Part shown: piece after piece, positions 1 to 8,567 of the stretch
Numbering within the stretch: position 1 is the first letter of the stretch
Layout: every line of letters starts with the position of its first letter
Assembly: GCF_964332355.1 (NCBI RefSeq)
Contig: NZ_OZ201293.1
Span: 1,947,620-1,971,619 of the forward strand
Reading direction: 5' to 3'
Source: Imbroritus primus
Lineage (GTDB): Bacteria > Pseudomonadota > Gammaproteobacteria > Burkholderiales > Burkholderiaceae
DNA length: 24,000 bases
The notes under the pieces: model-generated
The model's database searches: none
Told to the model about the DNA's origin: nothing
What the model saw: only the letters and a program-made list of their open reading frames with translations
Position numbers and translations under genes: made by a program

Positions 1-33
1 ATACATGCTGAAGAAGGTGGTCGGAAAATCCAT
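1..33 (-). CDS. possible 5' end of an unidentified CDS running off the left edge
   Basis: There is an ATG on the minus strand at 33..31, preceded by GGAGG (rc of 39..43) with a 5-nt spacer. Only 11 codons (MDFPTTFFSMY) are visible, so no product can be assigned. Confidence 0.2.
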   Translation of the reverse strand, partial: MDFPTTFFSMY

Positions 34-150
34 GTCCGCCTCCGCTACCAGTGTTGCACTGGCGCTTTCAGTATAGGCGGTACAGGACGGGATGCAATAC
101 GGGCGCGCGGCCTGTCGGCATACCTGCACTGTGTGCAGGTTCGGTACCTG

Positions 151-1833
151 TCACTCCTTGCGCGAGATTGCGCGCGCCAGCAGGATCACGGGGATCAATC
201 CGGCCAGCACGATCGTCAGCGCCGGCACTGCTGCTTCACCGAGGCGTTCGTCGGCGGCCAGCTGATTGGTGATGACCGCGAGCGTATCCATATTGAACGG
301 ACGCAGCACCAGTGTTGCCGGCAATTCCTTCATCACGTCCACGAAAACCAGCAAAGCTGCCGTTAGCACGCTGCGCCGAAGCAGCGGCGCGTGAATCCGG
401 GTCAGCAACTCCCAGTTGGACGCGCCCAGGCTGCGTGCACTCGCATCGACGGCAGGCGTGATCTTGGCGAGACCAGCTTCGACCGTCTGCAGGCCCGCCG
501 AGAGAAAGCGGACAAGATACGCATACAGCAGCCCAAAGATGGTGCCGGTCAGCGCGAGCCCGGTGAACCAGCCTTGTGCGTACATCCAGTGATCGAGGCG
601 CGTCAGCGGAATCAGAATGCCCACGGCCAGCACTGCGCCCGGCACGGCGTAACCGAGGCTGGCGATATCGTTGCCGAGCCGGCTCAGCCGCCCCGGCGCA
701 AGACGTACGGCATAGGCCAGCAGCAAGGTACACACCACGGCAAGCACTGCCGTCAGCGAGGCCAGCTTGAGCGTGTTGGTCAGCCACAGCAGATAGCGTT
801 CGACATTCAATGTCTCGACATCGCGCAGCGCCAGACGCAGCATGATCCAGGTGGGCAGCACGAAGCCGATCAGCAGCGGCAACATGCACACTGCATTGGC
901 GACCACCGCAGCTGTGCCCGACAGGCGGCGCGCTTCCGGCTTGCGGAAGCGCTGGCCGACGCCGTAGAAACGCAAGCGCCCACGGCTGCGCTTTTCGAGC
1001 ACAAGCAGCACGAAGACGAACAGCAGCAATGCCGATGCCAGTTGTGCCGCGGCGACGCGGTCGCTCATCGACAACCAGGCGCGGTAGATACCGGTGGTGA
1101 AGGTCTGCACGCCAAAGTATGCAACGGCGCCGTAATCGGCCAGCGTTTCCATCAGCACAAGCGCCACGCCGGCCGCTGCGGCCGGGCGTGCCAGCGGCAG
1201 CACCACACGGAAGAACGCTTGCGCCGGACTGCTGCCGAGTGTGCGCGCGGCATCGTGCAAGCGCGGGCTGCGCTCGATGAATGCGGTCCGCACCAGCAGG
1301 TAGACATAGGGATACAGCGCGAAGATGAACACCAGCGCCGCGCCACCAGTCGAGCGGATCTCGGGAAACCAGGGCAGGCGCCGCTCACCCGTCAGTTCAC
1401 GCAGCAGGCTCTGCACGGGACCGGAGAACTGCAGGAAATCGGTGAAGGCGTAGGCCATCACATAGGTGGGTACCGCCAAAGGCAGGATCAGGGCCCACTC
1501 GTACAGGCGCTTGCCCGGAAAATCGTAGGCCGCCACGATCCACGCCACGGCGATGCCGATGACCGCGGCGCCGAGACCGACCGAAACCAGCAGGATCAGC
1601 GTGGTTCCGATGTAAGACGGCATGACCGTCTGCAGCAGGTGGCGTAGGATGTCGCGCGACGCGGCATTCGGGTCGAGCACCGTCGCCAGCAGGCCGAGTA
1701 CCGGCACGGCCACGACGGCTGCCAGAGCCAGCGCGATCCAGGGCATCCATGTGTGATAGCGGCGCACCGCCCCTAAACGGCGGGATGGCCGCACAGCGGG
1801 AGCGGTATCCATGGGAGCAGCTTGGTCGGGCAT
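151..1833 (-). CDS. ABC transporter permease, two tandem permease domains (FbpB-like, Fe(III)-type)
   Basis: The ORF is long and hydrophobic, with many predicted TM segments and two internal permease-like halves, as in fused iron(III) ABC permeases. I placed the start at Met45 of the track ORF (cat at 1831..1833). Met at 1812 is equally possible, and neither has a clear SD. Confidence 0.8.
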   Translation of the reverse strand: MPDQAAPMDTAPAVRPSRRLGAVRRYHTWMPWIALALAAVVAVPVLGLLATVLDPNAASRDILRHLLQTVMPSYIGTTLILLVSVGLGAAVIGIAVAWIVAAYDFPGKRLYEWALILPLAVPTYVMAYAFTDFLQFSGPVQSLLRELTGERRLPWFPEIRSTGGAALVFIFALYPYVYLLVRTAFIERSPRLHDAARTLGSSPAQAFFRVVLPLARPAAAAGVALVLMETLADYGAVAYFGVQTFTTGIYRAWLSMSDRVAAAQLASALLLFVFVLLVLEKRSRGRLRFYGVGQRFRKPEARRLSGTAAVVANAVCMLPLLIGFVLPTWIMLRLALRDVETLNVERYLLWLTNTLKLASLTAVLAVVCTLLLAYAVRLAPGRLSRLGNDIASLGYAVPGAVLAVGILIPLTRLDHWMYAQGWFTGLALTGTIFGLLYAYLVRFLSAGLQTVEAGLAKITPAVDASARSLGASNWELLTRIHAPLLRRSVLTAALLVFVDVMKELPATLVLRPFNMDTLAVITNQLAADERLGEAAVPALTIVLAGLIPVILLARAISRKE

Positions 1834-2058
1834 GGCGCAGGCAAGACAGAATGTTGAACCGGATACCGTCCGGGATGGCGGCACGACACCACCACCGAAA
1901 ACATCGAGGCTGGTCTGCGTGGGTAGCGCGGCAGGCTGGCGGATTGCCGCGCACGCGCATTGCAAATTATACTCATTCGCTTAACCATTACCGATGTCGC
2001 CCTGACCGCACCGGACTGGCTACCCTGCCAGCCCTCTTGCGGTCCGACCTGCCGCTTC

Positions 2059-3156
2059 ATGACGCAGCCACACCTGCAACTCGACCGTATCCACATTGCC
2101 TACGACACCCCGACGGGTGCCCAGGAAGTCATCAGCGGCCTGTCCCTGGCCCTGGCCAAGGGCAAGATCGGCTGCTTGCTGGGGCCATCGGGTTGCGGCA
2201 AGACCACCGTGCTGCGCGCCATCTGCGGCTTCGAGCCCCTGTCGGGCGGCGCCATCACACTGCACGGCGTCACGGTCAGCGACGCCCGGTACAGCATGCC
2301 GCCGGAGAAACGCAAGGTCGGCGTGGTGTTCCAGGACTACGCCCTGTTTCCGCATTTGTCCGTCGCCGACAACATCGGCTTCGGCCTGCGCAAGCTGCCC
2401 CGCGATGCGCGGCAAGCACGCGTGCAGGAGCTGCTGGGACTGGTCGGCCTGCCCCAGGCCGGCGGCAAGTATCCGCACGAACTGTCCGGCGGCCAGCAGC
2501 AACGCGTCGCCCTGGCCCGCGCCCTGGCGCCTGCGCCGGAACTGCTGCTGCTGGACGAGCCCTTTTCGAACCTCGATGTCGATCTGCGCGAGCGTCTTGC
2601 GACCGAGGTGCGCGACATCATCAAGCATGCGGGCGCGACGGCCATCCTGGTCACGCATGACCAGTTCGAGGCCTTTGCCATCGCCGACGAGATCGGTGTG
2701 ATGTCGAATGGCACCATCGTGCAGTGGGACGACCCATACAATCTCTATCATCAACCGCACACGCGCTTTGTCGCCGACTTCATCGGCCGTGGCGTGTTCG
2801 TGCCTGGCCGCCATGTGGCGGAAGCGGACGGCGAGGCACATGTCGATATCGAGCTGGGGCAGTTGCCGCTCTCGGCCTGCGAGATCGCCGAGCAGCATCT
2901 GGCTAACGGTGGGGACAGTGTCGACGTGCTTCTCCGGGCCGACGATGTTTTGCACGACGACGACAGCCCGCTCAAGGCCCAGGTGGTGCGCAAGGCATTT
3001 CGCGGCGCCGATTTCCTGTACACGCTGCGGCTGCCATCCGGGCGCGAGGTACTGGCCTACGTGCCCAGCCACCATGACCATGCCATTGGCGAGATGATCG
3101 GCATTCGCCTCGTGGCCGACCATGTGGTGACATTTCCGGCACGCGCAAGCGCATGA
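2059..3156 (+). CDS. ABC transporter ATP-binding protein (FbpC/PotA-like, with C-terminal TOBE-like regulatory domain)
   Basis: Motifs seen are Walker A GPSGCGKTT, ABC signature LSGGQQQRVALARAL, Walker B LLLLDEPFSNLD and H-loop ILVTHD. I placed the start at the ATG at 2059 (MTQPHLQL...), because the upstream extension from 1960 does not look protein-like. Confidence 0.88.
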   Translation: MTQPHLQLDRIHIAYDTPTGAQEVISGLSLALAKGKIGCLLGPSGCGKTTVLRAICGFEPLSGGAITLHGVTVSDARYSMPPEKRKVGVVFQDYALFPHLSVADNIGFGLRKLPRDARQARVQELLGLVGLPQAGGKYPHELSGGQQQRVALARALAPAPELLLLDEPFSNLDVDLRERLATEVRDIIKHAGATAILVTHDQFEAFAIADEIGVMSNGTIVQWDDPYNLYHQPHTRFVADFIGRGVFVPGRHVAEADGEAHVDIELGQLPLSACEIAEQHLANGGDSVDVLLRADDVLHDDDSPLKAQVVRKAFRGADFLYTLRLPSGREVLAYVPSHHDHAIGEMIGIRLVADHVVTFPARASA

Positions 3157-3661
3157 ATCCAGCGGCTAGTGGATTCCGCTGTCCCGGATCCACAACGCAG
3201 TTCCGGTCCGGCAAGAGATTTGCGATGCACTGCAACAATTTTTCAGGGCGTCTGTTATACTGCGCGCCAGTGAGTTCGCCATGCGAGCCCCGCGAGGATG
3301 TTTTTCCGGCGTTGCTGTCCTGCGCCACCCTGCCCGCACCCGCTCCCATCTCTGCATTACCGTCCACTGTCCGGCTTGCCGGCCACAGACCTCCGCAGAA
3401 GCAATCTCACCTGATGCTTCGCCTCCGATCCTGTTAAGGCAGTGCATGCGCCGCTTGTGTGCGCAATGAAACTGCCCGCCTGCCGGGAAATGTGTCAGCT
3501 AGCCAGTCCGAGCGATTGGTCGCCGATCCTGTCCCCAGCCTGCCACCGTAGCCAGCCTGGCTGTCCCTACGGTCTCATTGATTGGCGCCGACGCCCACGA
3601 CGACGCTGCATACCGCCGCTCCGCTCAACCGGAAGGGCGCTGCTTTTTCTGAAAGAACCAT

Positions 3662-5422
3662 ATGACACAGCAACTGAACGAAACGACTCAGCCTATCGTG
3701 CCGAGCCCGATCGAAAAACTCGAAGCCATTCTGCACGCCGGCGATACCGCCGCTACCGCACCGCAGGCCACCGACTCCCCCTTCGCCGCGCTTGGCCTCA
3801 ATGCCAATCTGCAACGCGCTCTCGCGGAAATCGACTTCACCCAGCCGACCGAAGTCCAGGCCAAGGCGATCCCTGCCTCGCTGGCCGGACGCGACCTGCT
3901 GGTCTCGAGCCAGACCGGTTCGGGCAAAACGGCCGCTTTCATGCTGCCAGCACTGCAACTGATCAGCGAGAAGCCGGCCCCTGCCCGTCCGCACTCTGAC
4001 GAACCAGTCAAGCGTATGAAGGGGAAGCGCCCGCGTCCGCAGCCGGCGCAACCTTCGCTGCTGGTGCTGACGCCCACGCGCGAACTGGCGCTGCAGGTAA
4101 GCAATGCCACCCTGCAGTTCGGCAAGCACCTGCGCCGCATTTTCTGCGCCAGCATCCTTGGCGGCATGCCGTATCCCAAGCAGTTGGCCATGCTGGCCAA
4201 GATGCCGGACATCCTGGTCGCCACGCCGGGCCGCCTGCTCGACCATATCGCCTCGGGCCGCATCGACCTGTCCAAGCTGGACATGCTGGTGTTCGACGAA
4301 GCCGACCGCATGCTCGACATGGGCTTCACCGATGACATCGACGCTATCGTCGCCGCCACGCCGGCAACGCGCCAGACGCTGATGTTCTCGGCCACCGTGG
4401 ACGGCAACATCGCCCGCCTGGCAGCGCGCATGCTGCGCGATCCGCAGCGCATCGAAATCGCCGCGGCGAAGGTAACGGCGAACAACATCGAACAGCGCCT
4501 GCACTATGCGGATGACCTGTCGCACAAACAGCAACTGCTCGACCATCTGCTGCGCGACGTGTCGCTCAAGCAGGCCATCGTCTTCACCGCCACCAAGCGT
4601 GACGCCGACTCGCTCGCCGAACGCCTGGCCGACACGGGCTTTTCCGCTGGGGCGTTGCATGGCGACATGAACCAGGGTGCGCGCAACCGCATGCTGACCG
4701 CCCTGCGGCGCGGCAACATCCAGGTGCTGGTGGCCACCGATGTAGCCGCTCGCGGCATCGACGTACCGGACATCACGCACGTGGTGAACTTCGACCTGCC
4801 GAAGCAGGCCGAGGACTATGTGCACCGTATCGGCCGCACGGGCCGCGCCGGCCGCGCCGGCATCGCCATCAACCTGGTGAACCACGGTGAAGTGTTCCAG
4901 TGGCGCCGCATCGAGCGCTTCATCGACCGTCGCCTGGACGCCACGGTCATCGCCGGTCTTGAACCCAAGCGCAGCGCTGCCCGCAGTGCACCCAAGGGCA
5001 AGCCGCGCTTCGAGGGCCGTCCTGGCCAGTCGCGCCAGGGACGTCCGGGTGGCAATGGCGGCGGATATGGTGGCGGACGCAGCGAAGGTTTCCGTGGTGA
5101 CGGTTTCCGCAACGACGGCCCGCGCCACGATGGTTACCGCGCAGACGGCTACCGTGGCAAACCCGGTGGCCGACCGGACGGCTTCCGCGGCAACGCGGAC
5201 AACCGCGGCAATGTGGAAGGCGCCAATGTGAACACCAACCCGTGGGCCAACACGCGCCGCAACGATGGCGGCTACCGTGGCCAAGCCACCGGCGACCGCT
5301 ATCGCGGCGATGGTGCGGGCAACGGCTTCGGCAACCGCAACGGTGACTATCGCGGCGCGGCGCGCCCGCGCAGCAACGACGGCTTCCGTGCTGGCGGCCG
5401 GTCGCGCTTCAACGACCGCTGA
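3662..5422 (+). CDS. rhlE: ATP-dependent DEAD-box RNA helicase, RhlE-like, with long C-terminal RG-rich tail
   Basis: The Q-motif region is [10 protein letters not shown]. Helicase motifs are I ([11 protein letters not shown]), Ia (PTRELA), II ([13 protein letters not shown]), III (SAT), V (ARGID) and VI ([10 protein letters not shown]). The core is colinear with E. coli RhlE as I remember it. Confidence 0.9.
   Translation: MTQQLNETTQPIVPSPIEKLEAILHAGDTAATAPQATDSPFAALGLNANLQRALAEIDFTQPTEVQAKAIPASLAGRDLLVSSQTGSGKTAAFMLPALQLISEKPAPARPHSDEPVKRMKGKRPRPQPAQPSLLVLTPTRELALQVSNATLQFGKHLRRIFCASILGGMPYPKQLAMLAKMPDILVATPGRLLDHIASGRIDLSKLDMLVFDEADRMLDMGFTDDIDAIVAATPATRQTLMFSATVDGNIARLAARMLRDPQRIEIAAAKVTANNIEQRLHYADDLSHKQQLLDHLLRDVSLKQAIVFTATKRDADSLAERLADTGFSAGALHGDMNQGARNRMLTALRRGNIQVLVATDVAARGIDVPDITHVVNFDLPKQAEDYVHRIGRTGRAGRAGIAINLVNHGEVFQWRRIERFIDRRLDATVIAGLEPKRSAARSAPKGKPRFEGRPGQSRQGRPGGNGGGYGGGRSEGFRGDGFRNDGPRHDGYRADGYRGKPGGRPDGFRGNADNRGNVEGANVNTNPWANTRRNDGGYRGQATGDRYRGDGAGNGFGNRNGDYRGAARPRSNDGFRAGGRSRFNDR
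4970..5419 (+). repeat. low-complexity Arg/Gly/Asn/Asp tail of the helicase with about 10 copies of a [DN]G[FY]R(G) motif
   Basis: The translated tail contains [25 protein letters not shown]...PDGFRG...GGYRG...DRYRGDG...GDYRG...NDGFRAG. Confidence 0.8.
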
Positions 5423-5531
5423 TCGCCTGCTGATCGATTGGCATCGCACGCCCCGGCGGGTTTACTCGCCGGCTGCGATCACAATGCCAGCCTCCGTTGC
5501 GCATGATTAGCCGCGCATCACGCCAGCGTGA

Positions 5532-6791
5532 TCACACGGCGCATGAGCGGAACCCGATCCAGCCAAGGTCGGCACCGGGTTCCGCCGCCCCTCTGAAACA
5601 GGCGCTGCGGAATGCAGGCGGCGTCATCCACGCCGCCCCGCGTACCGCTTGGTACACGCCAAAGTAAGGCAAACTCCAGGTATCGTCACGCCCCGGCAGG
5701 AATCCATCGTAGGGTTCGAACACCGAACCGGTCCATTCGCGTACGCTGCCCCACTGGAAAGTGCCATTGCGGGTTGCGGCCATCTCCCACTCATCCTCGG
5801 TCGGCAAACGACGACCCGCCCAACGGCACCATGCTTCCGCCTCGAACAGGCTGACATGGCAGACCGGCTCATCCAGCGGCAACACGATATCGCTGCCAAA
5901 GCGCTGCATATGCCAGCGCACTGTCCGCCCCCCCTCGCGCTGGCGCGACCAGTAGCGCGCCACGGAGCGTTCCTGGAACATCATCCATTGCTGACCGGCG
6001 GCACTCCACCAGGCCGGGTTGTCGTAACCACCATCTTCCACAAATGCCAGGAATTGGCGATGACTCACTGGCGCTGCGTCGATCTCGAAGGGCGGGACAT
6101 AGGTGCGCTGCGCCGGGCGTTCGTTGTCGAACGAGAGTCCTTGGCCCGCATCCCGGCCCAGTGTCATGCGTCCACCGGTAAACGAAAGCGTCCCGGGTTC
6201 GCAACGCCATGGCGCGCGGGCCATGCCACCGGGCAAGGGGCGGCCCAGCGCCTGCAGAATGGCGATCAAGCCTTCCGCCTCCAGCACCTCGCGGAACAAG
6301 GTCATGCGAAAAGGTTCGAGGGCCTCGTCGGAATCATCATGCAGGTTTGTGAGCTGCGCCAGGATGCGTTCAAGCGTGTTGGCCGCATAGGCCTTGATGA
6401 CCGCCAGCTCAGGAAGTGTGACTTCCCAGCGCGTGTCAGGCGGAATCCGGTCGGCATCGAACCACGCATCAGCGCCATCCAGCAAGGTGGGCGCGGCCGG
6501 CTCCCAGAGAGAACCGGCAGGGCCGCGGATTTCGGAGGGATCGCGCAGGCACCATTTCTCGCCATACCAGGCCAGGTTGCCGAGCGTCCACTGCGGCGGA
6601 GAAAACTCATGGCTGGGCATCAGACGCCAGTTGCGCTCATGCATGCCAAATGCGGCCAGCAAGCTCAACGTGCGGTTGCGTGCGTCGACCAGCGCGTGTG
6701 CAATGCCCTGACGAGGCATGGTGCGCGCGTCGTGCCAGGAATCCCCGGCACCCGTGAAATACAGGTCCGGCAACATGAAGAACCCCGCCAT
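5532..6791 (-). CDS. EgtB-like protein (DinB-like N-terminal domain plus FGE-sulfatase/SUMF1 C-terminal domain), apparently lacking the canonical His triad
   Basis: The C-terminal half has FGE-sulfatase hallmarks (RGAAW...IGFRSC). The N-terminal half has a DinB/EgtB-like SPPQWTLGNLAWYGEKW motif. The gene lies directly downstream of egtD. I chose the start at the ATG at 6791 because GAGGA sits 8 nt upstream. ATGs at 6821 and 6923 are alternatives. Confidence 0.72.
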   Translation of the reverse strand: MAGFFMLPDLYFTGAGDSWHDARTMPRQGIAHALVDARNRTLSLLAAFGMHERNWRLMPSHEFSPPQWTLGNLAWYGEKWCLRDPSEIRGPAGSLWEPAAPTLLDGADAWFDADRIPPDTRWEVTLPELAVIKAYAANTLERILAQLTNLHDDSDEALEPFRMTLFREVLEAEGLIAILQALGRPLPGGMARAPWRCEPGTLSFTGGRMTLGRDAGQGLSFDNERPAQRTYVPPFEIDAAPVSHRQFLAFVEDGGYDNPAWWSAAGQQWMMFQERSVARYWSRQREGGRTVRWHMQRFGSDIVLPLDEPVCHVSLFEAEAWCRWAGRRLPTEDEWEMAATRNGTFQWGSVREWTGSVFEPYDGFLPGRDDTWSLPYFGVYQAVRGAAWMTPPAFRSACFRGAAEPGADLGWIGFRSCAV

Positions 6792-6874
6792 GAAATGAGT
6801 CCTCGGATCAGGAACCTTCATTATGGCATCGTCGGCCGCCGGCCTGCACACGCACGCCCTGCCATGAGCTGCGT

Positions 6875-7906
6875 CTAGCCGCGCGCGTGGAATACTGCGA
6901 AGGCGTCCTGACGGTCGTGCCACACACAGATGTCATCGAAGCCAGCCTGCTCGAGCAACAGGGCAAAATCCTCGTCGCGATATTTGTATGAACTCTCGGT
7001 ATGGATACGCTCGCCATGCAGAAAGCGGCGGGTTCCGCCTGACCAGGTCACAGTTACATCGCGCCGGGCCTGCAGGTGCATTTCGATGCGGTTGTGTGCG
7101 GCATTGAACAGGGCGATGTGTTGCCAGTCCCCCACCTCGAAATCCGCACCGGCAAGGCGATTGACGTGTCGCAGGATGTTGAGGTTGAAGGCCGCCGTTA
7201 CGCCGAGCGGATCGTCATACGCATCTTCGAGCGTCTCCACCGACTTGAGCAGGTCAACCCCGATCAGCACTCCGTCGCCCCGCGCGCTTGCCGCACGGAT
7301 GCGCTGCAGGAGCGCCAAGGCTTCGATCGGCGTAAAGTTCCCGATGCTCGATCCGGGGTAAAAAAACAGTCGGTTGTCACGTCCCACCGTGGACGGAAAA
7401 TCGAATGGCGTCGATAGGTCGGCGCCGACCGCCTGCATGGCGATCTCGGGAAACTGGCGTTGCAATCCTTCGAGCGTATCGCGCAGGTACTCCACCGAGA
7501 TATCCACGGGGACATACTGCGCCGGTCGCAAGGCAGGAAACAGCCGCGCCGCTTTCTGGCAATTGCCGGCCCCCAGGTCGATCATCACCGGCCGCTCGCC
7601 GATCCGTCTCGCGATATCGTGCTGGTGTGTCGCCAGAATCTCTGCTTCGACGCGCGTCGGATAGTACTCGGGCAAGGCAGTGATCGTGTCAAACAAGCGC
7701 GAGCCAAGTCCATCGTAGAAAAACTTGGGCGACAGCCATGCACGCGGCGCCGTCAGGCTGGCGGTGATTTCGGCACATGCGGCATCGGGGTGCTTGGCGA
7801 ACTCTGCGCGGGATGCACTGCGTGCACGGTCAGGACGAACGGATGCGGGACGGGTAGCTGGCCGGACTTCAGGCGGTGACGATTGCGACGACAGGACTCC
7901 TGGCAT
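6875..7906 (-). CDS. egtD: L-histidine N-alpha-methyltransferase (EgtD family, SAM-dependent)
   Basis: EgtD-family motifs are SPKFFYDGLGSRLFDTITALPEYYPTRVEAEIL, the SAM site IDLGAGN, YPGSSIGN, AYDDPLGVTAAFNLNIL and TESSYKY. The start is the ATG at 7906, preceded by a strong AGGAGG. The track ORF extends to 8293, but that extension has no support. Confidence 0.85.
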   Translation of the reverse strand: MPGVLSSQSSPPEVRPATRPASVRPDRARSASRAEFAKHPDAACAEITASLTAPRAWLSPKFFYDGLGSRLFDTITALPEYYPTRVEAEILATHQHDIARRIGERPVMIDLGAGNCQKAARLFPALRPAQYVPVDISVEYLRDTLEGLQRQFPEIAMQAVGADLSTPFDFPSTVGRDNRLFFYPGSSIGNFTPIEALALLQRIRAASARGDGVLIGVDLLKSVETLEDAYDDPLGVTAAFNLNILRHVNRLAGADFEVGDWQHIALFNAAHNRIEMHLQARRDVTVTWSGGTRRFLHGERIHTESSYKYRDEDFALLLEQAGFDDICVWHDRQDAFAVFHARG

Positions 7907-8302
7907 GCTTGCTCCTCCTTGGTGGGTACGGACCTCAAGCAGTGACCATGCCAGCCAGCGCAGCCTCGCGGGATAAACATGCAGATGCGATGGCCGTGCA
8001 TCACCGGACACTACCCGGACCATATCAGTGGCAAGGCGATGACAGCCGCCGTCGTCTCCTGCATGAAGCGGACGGCCGCCAGCGTCGGGACTCATCTTAC
8101 TCCCGCATATGTGATACGGCCACCACGAAATACGGGACATGCGTAGCGATCCCGTGACGCATACGTGGCTAATGGCTGCAAGTGTCTGCTCCTCTGCATT
8201 TTTTTGCACAACGATTGTAAAGTTGACACCGCCTACGCCACGCAGCTTGAAAATCCGGGCCGCCTCCTGCCAGCCCCGATTATTGCAATGCACAGCAATG
8301 AA

Positions 8303-8333
8303 TTGCCGCTAGCCGGTTTTTTTGCCTTATAAT
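8303..8333 (+). promoter_or_regulatory. candidate sigma70 promoter for the riboswitch and TerC transcript
   Basis: There is a perfect TATAAT at 8328..8333 and a TTGCCG -35-like hexamer at 8303..8308. The spacer is 19 nt, which is longer than optimal. The predicted TSS near 8340 lies just upstream of the riboswitch. Confidence 0.4.
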
Positions 8334-8357
8334 CCGCCCAACGCTGATAAGCGTCCC

Positions 8358-8475
8358 TCCAAAGGGGAGTAGCTCCGGGACCTGGTCCTGAGCACAATCG
8401 TCATTACGAGACGTCCGTCTCCGGTTGTGCTGGTTGCGCACCTGCTGTGTGCGTCTCCGAGCGAGACCTTTGCGA
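8358..8475 (+). promoter_or_regulatory. yybP-ykoY family (Mn2+-sensing) riboswitch aptamer
   Basis: The hallmark 5' element CAAAGGGGAGUAGC is at 8360..8373 and the 3' element GAGCGAGACCUUUG is at 8459..8472. AAAGG/CCUUU can close P1. Three internal hairpins can be drawn: GCUCCGGGACC/GGUCCUGAGC, CACAAUCG/CGGUUGUG enclosing GAGAC-GUCC-GUCUC, and GCGCAC/GUGUGC. The element sits upstream of a TerC-family gene, which is the classic genomic context. Confidence 0.75.
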
Positions 8476-8567
8476 CCTGTCCAATGGTCCGCAAAGGCGT
8501 CCCTACGCGCTCCATTCGACAGTCTTCCGAGGGTCTTTTCGACTTTTAAACTGTCCGAGGAAAATTC

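Noticed and set aside
122-140. ACCTGCAC-TGT-GTGCAGGT hairpin just downstream of the ABC permease stop
   Set aside because: The loop is short (3 nt) and no U-tract follows on the minus strand. The support is insufficient to call a terminator.
391-1647. 418-aa plus-strand ORF overlapping the ABC permease
   Set aside because: It is antisense to a gene with a clear membrane-protein signature. Its product is Arg/Gln/His/Gly-rich low-complexity sequence typical of shadow ORFs in GC-rich DNA.
2020-3123. 367-aa minus-strand ORF opposite the ABC ATPase
   Set aside because: It is an antisense shadow of a gene with unambiguous Walker A and B and signature motifs. I recognised no motifs in it.
3575-5449. 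624-aa minus-strand ORF opposite the DEAD-box helicase
   Set aside because: It is an Ala/Arg/Val-rich antisense shadow ORF, and the plus-strand frame carries all the helicase motifs.
6731-6746. TGGCACGACGCGCGCA on the minus strand with GG-N10-GC spacing
   Set aside because: It lies inside the EgtB-like coding region and lacks the TTGC element. GG-N10-GC is expected by chance in GC-rich DNA.
5649-6878. 409-aa plus-strand ORF opposite the EgtB-like gene
   Set aside because: It is an antisense shadow, and the minus-strand frame has the FGE-sulfatase and DinB-like motifs.
7907-8293. N-terminal extension of egtD to the ORF-track start (472 aa); similar extensions occur for thyA (9353), mog (19418), orn (21844), the ABC ATPase (1960) and fapD/fapE (12955, 13697)
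   Set aside because: The family-typical N-termini begin at internal ATGs, and in several cases those ATGs have much better SDs (for example AGGAGG before 7906). The extensions overlap upstream genes or regulatory elements and do not look protein-like.
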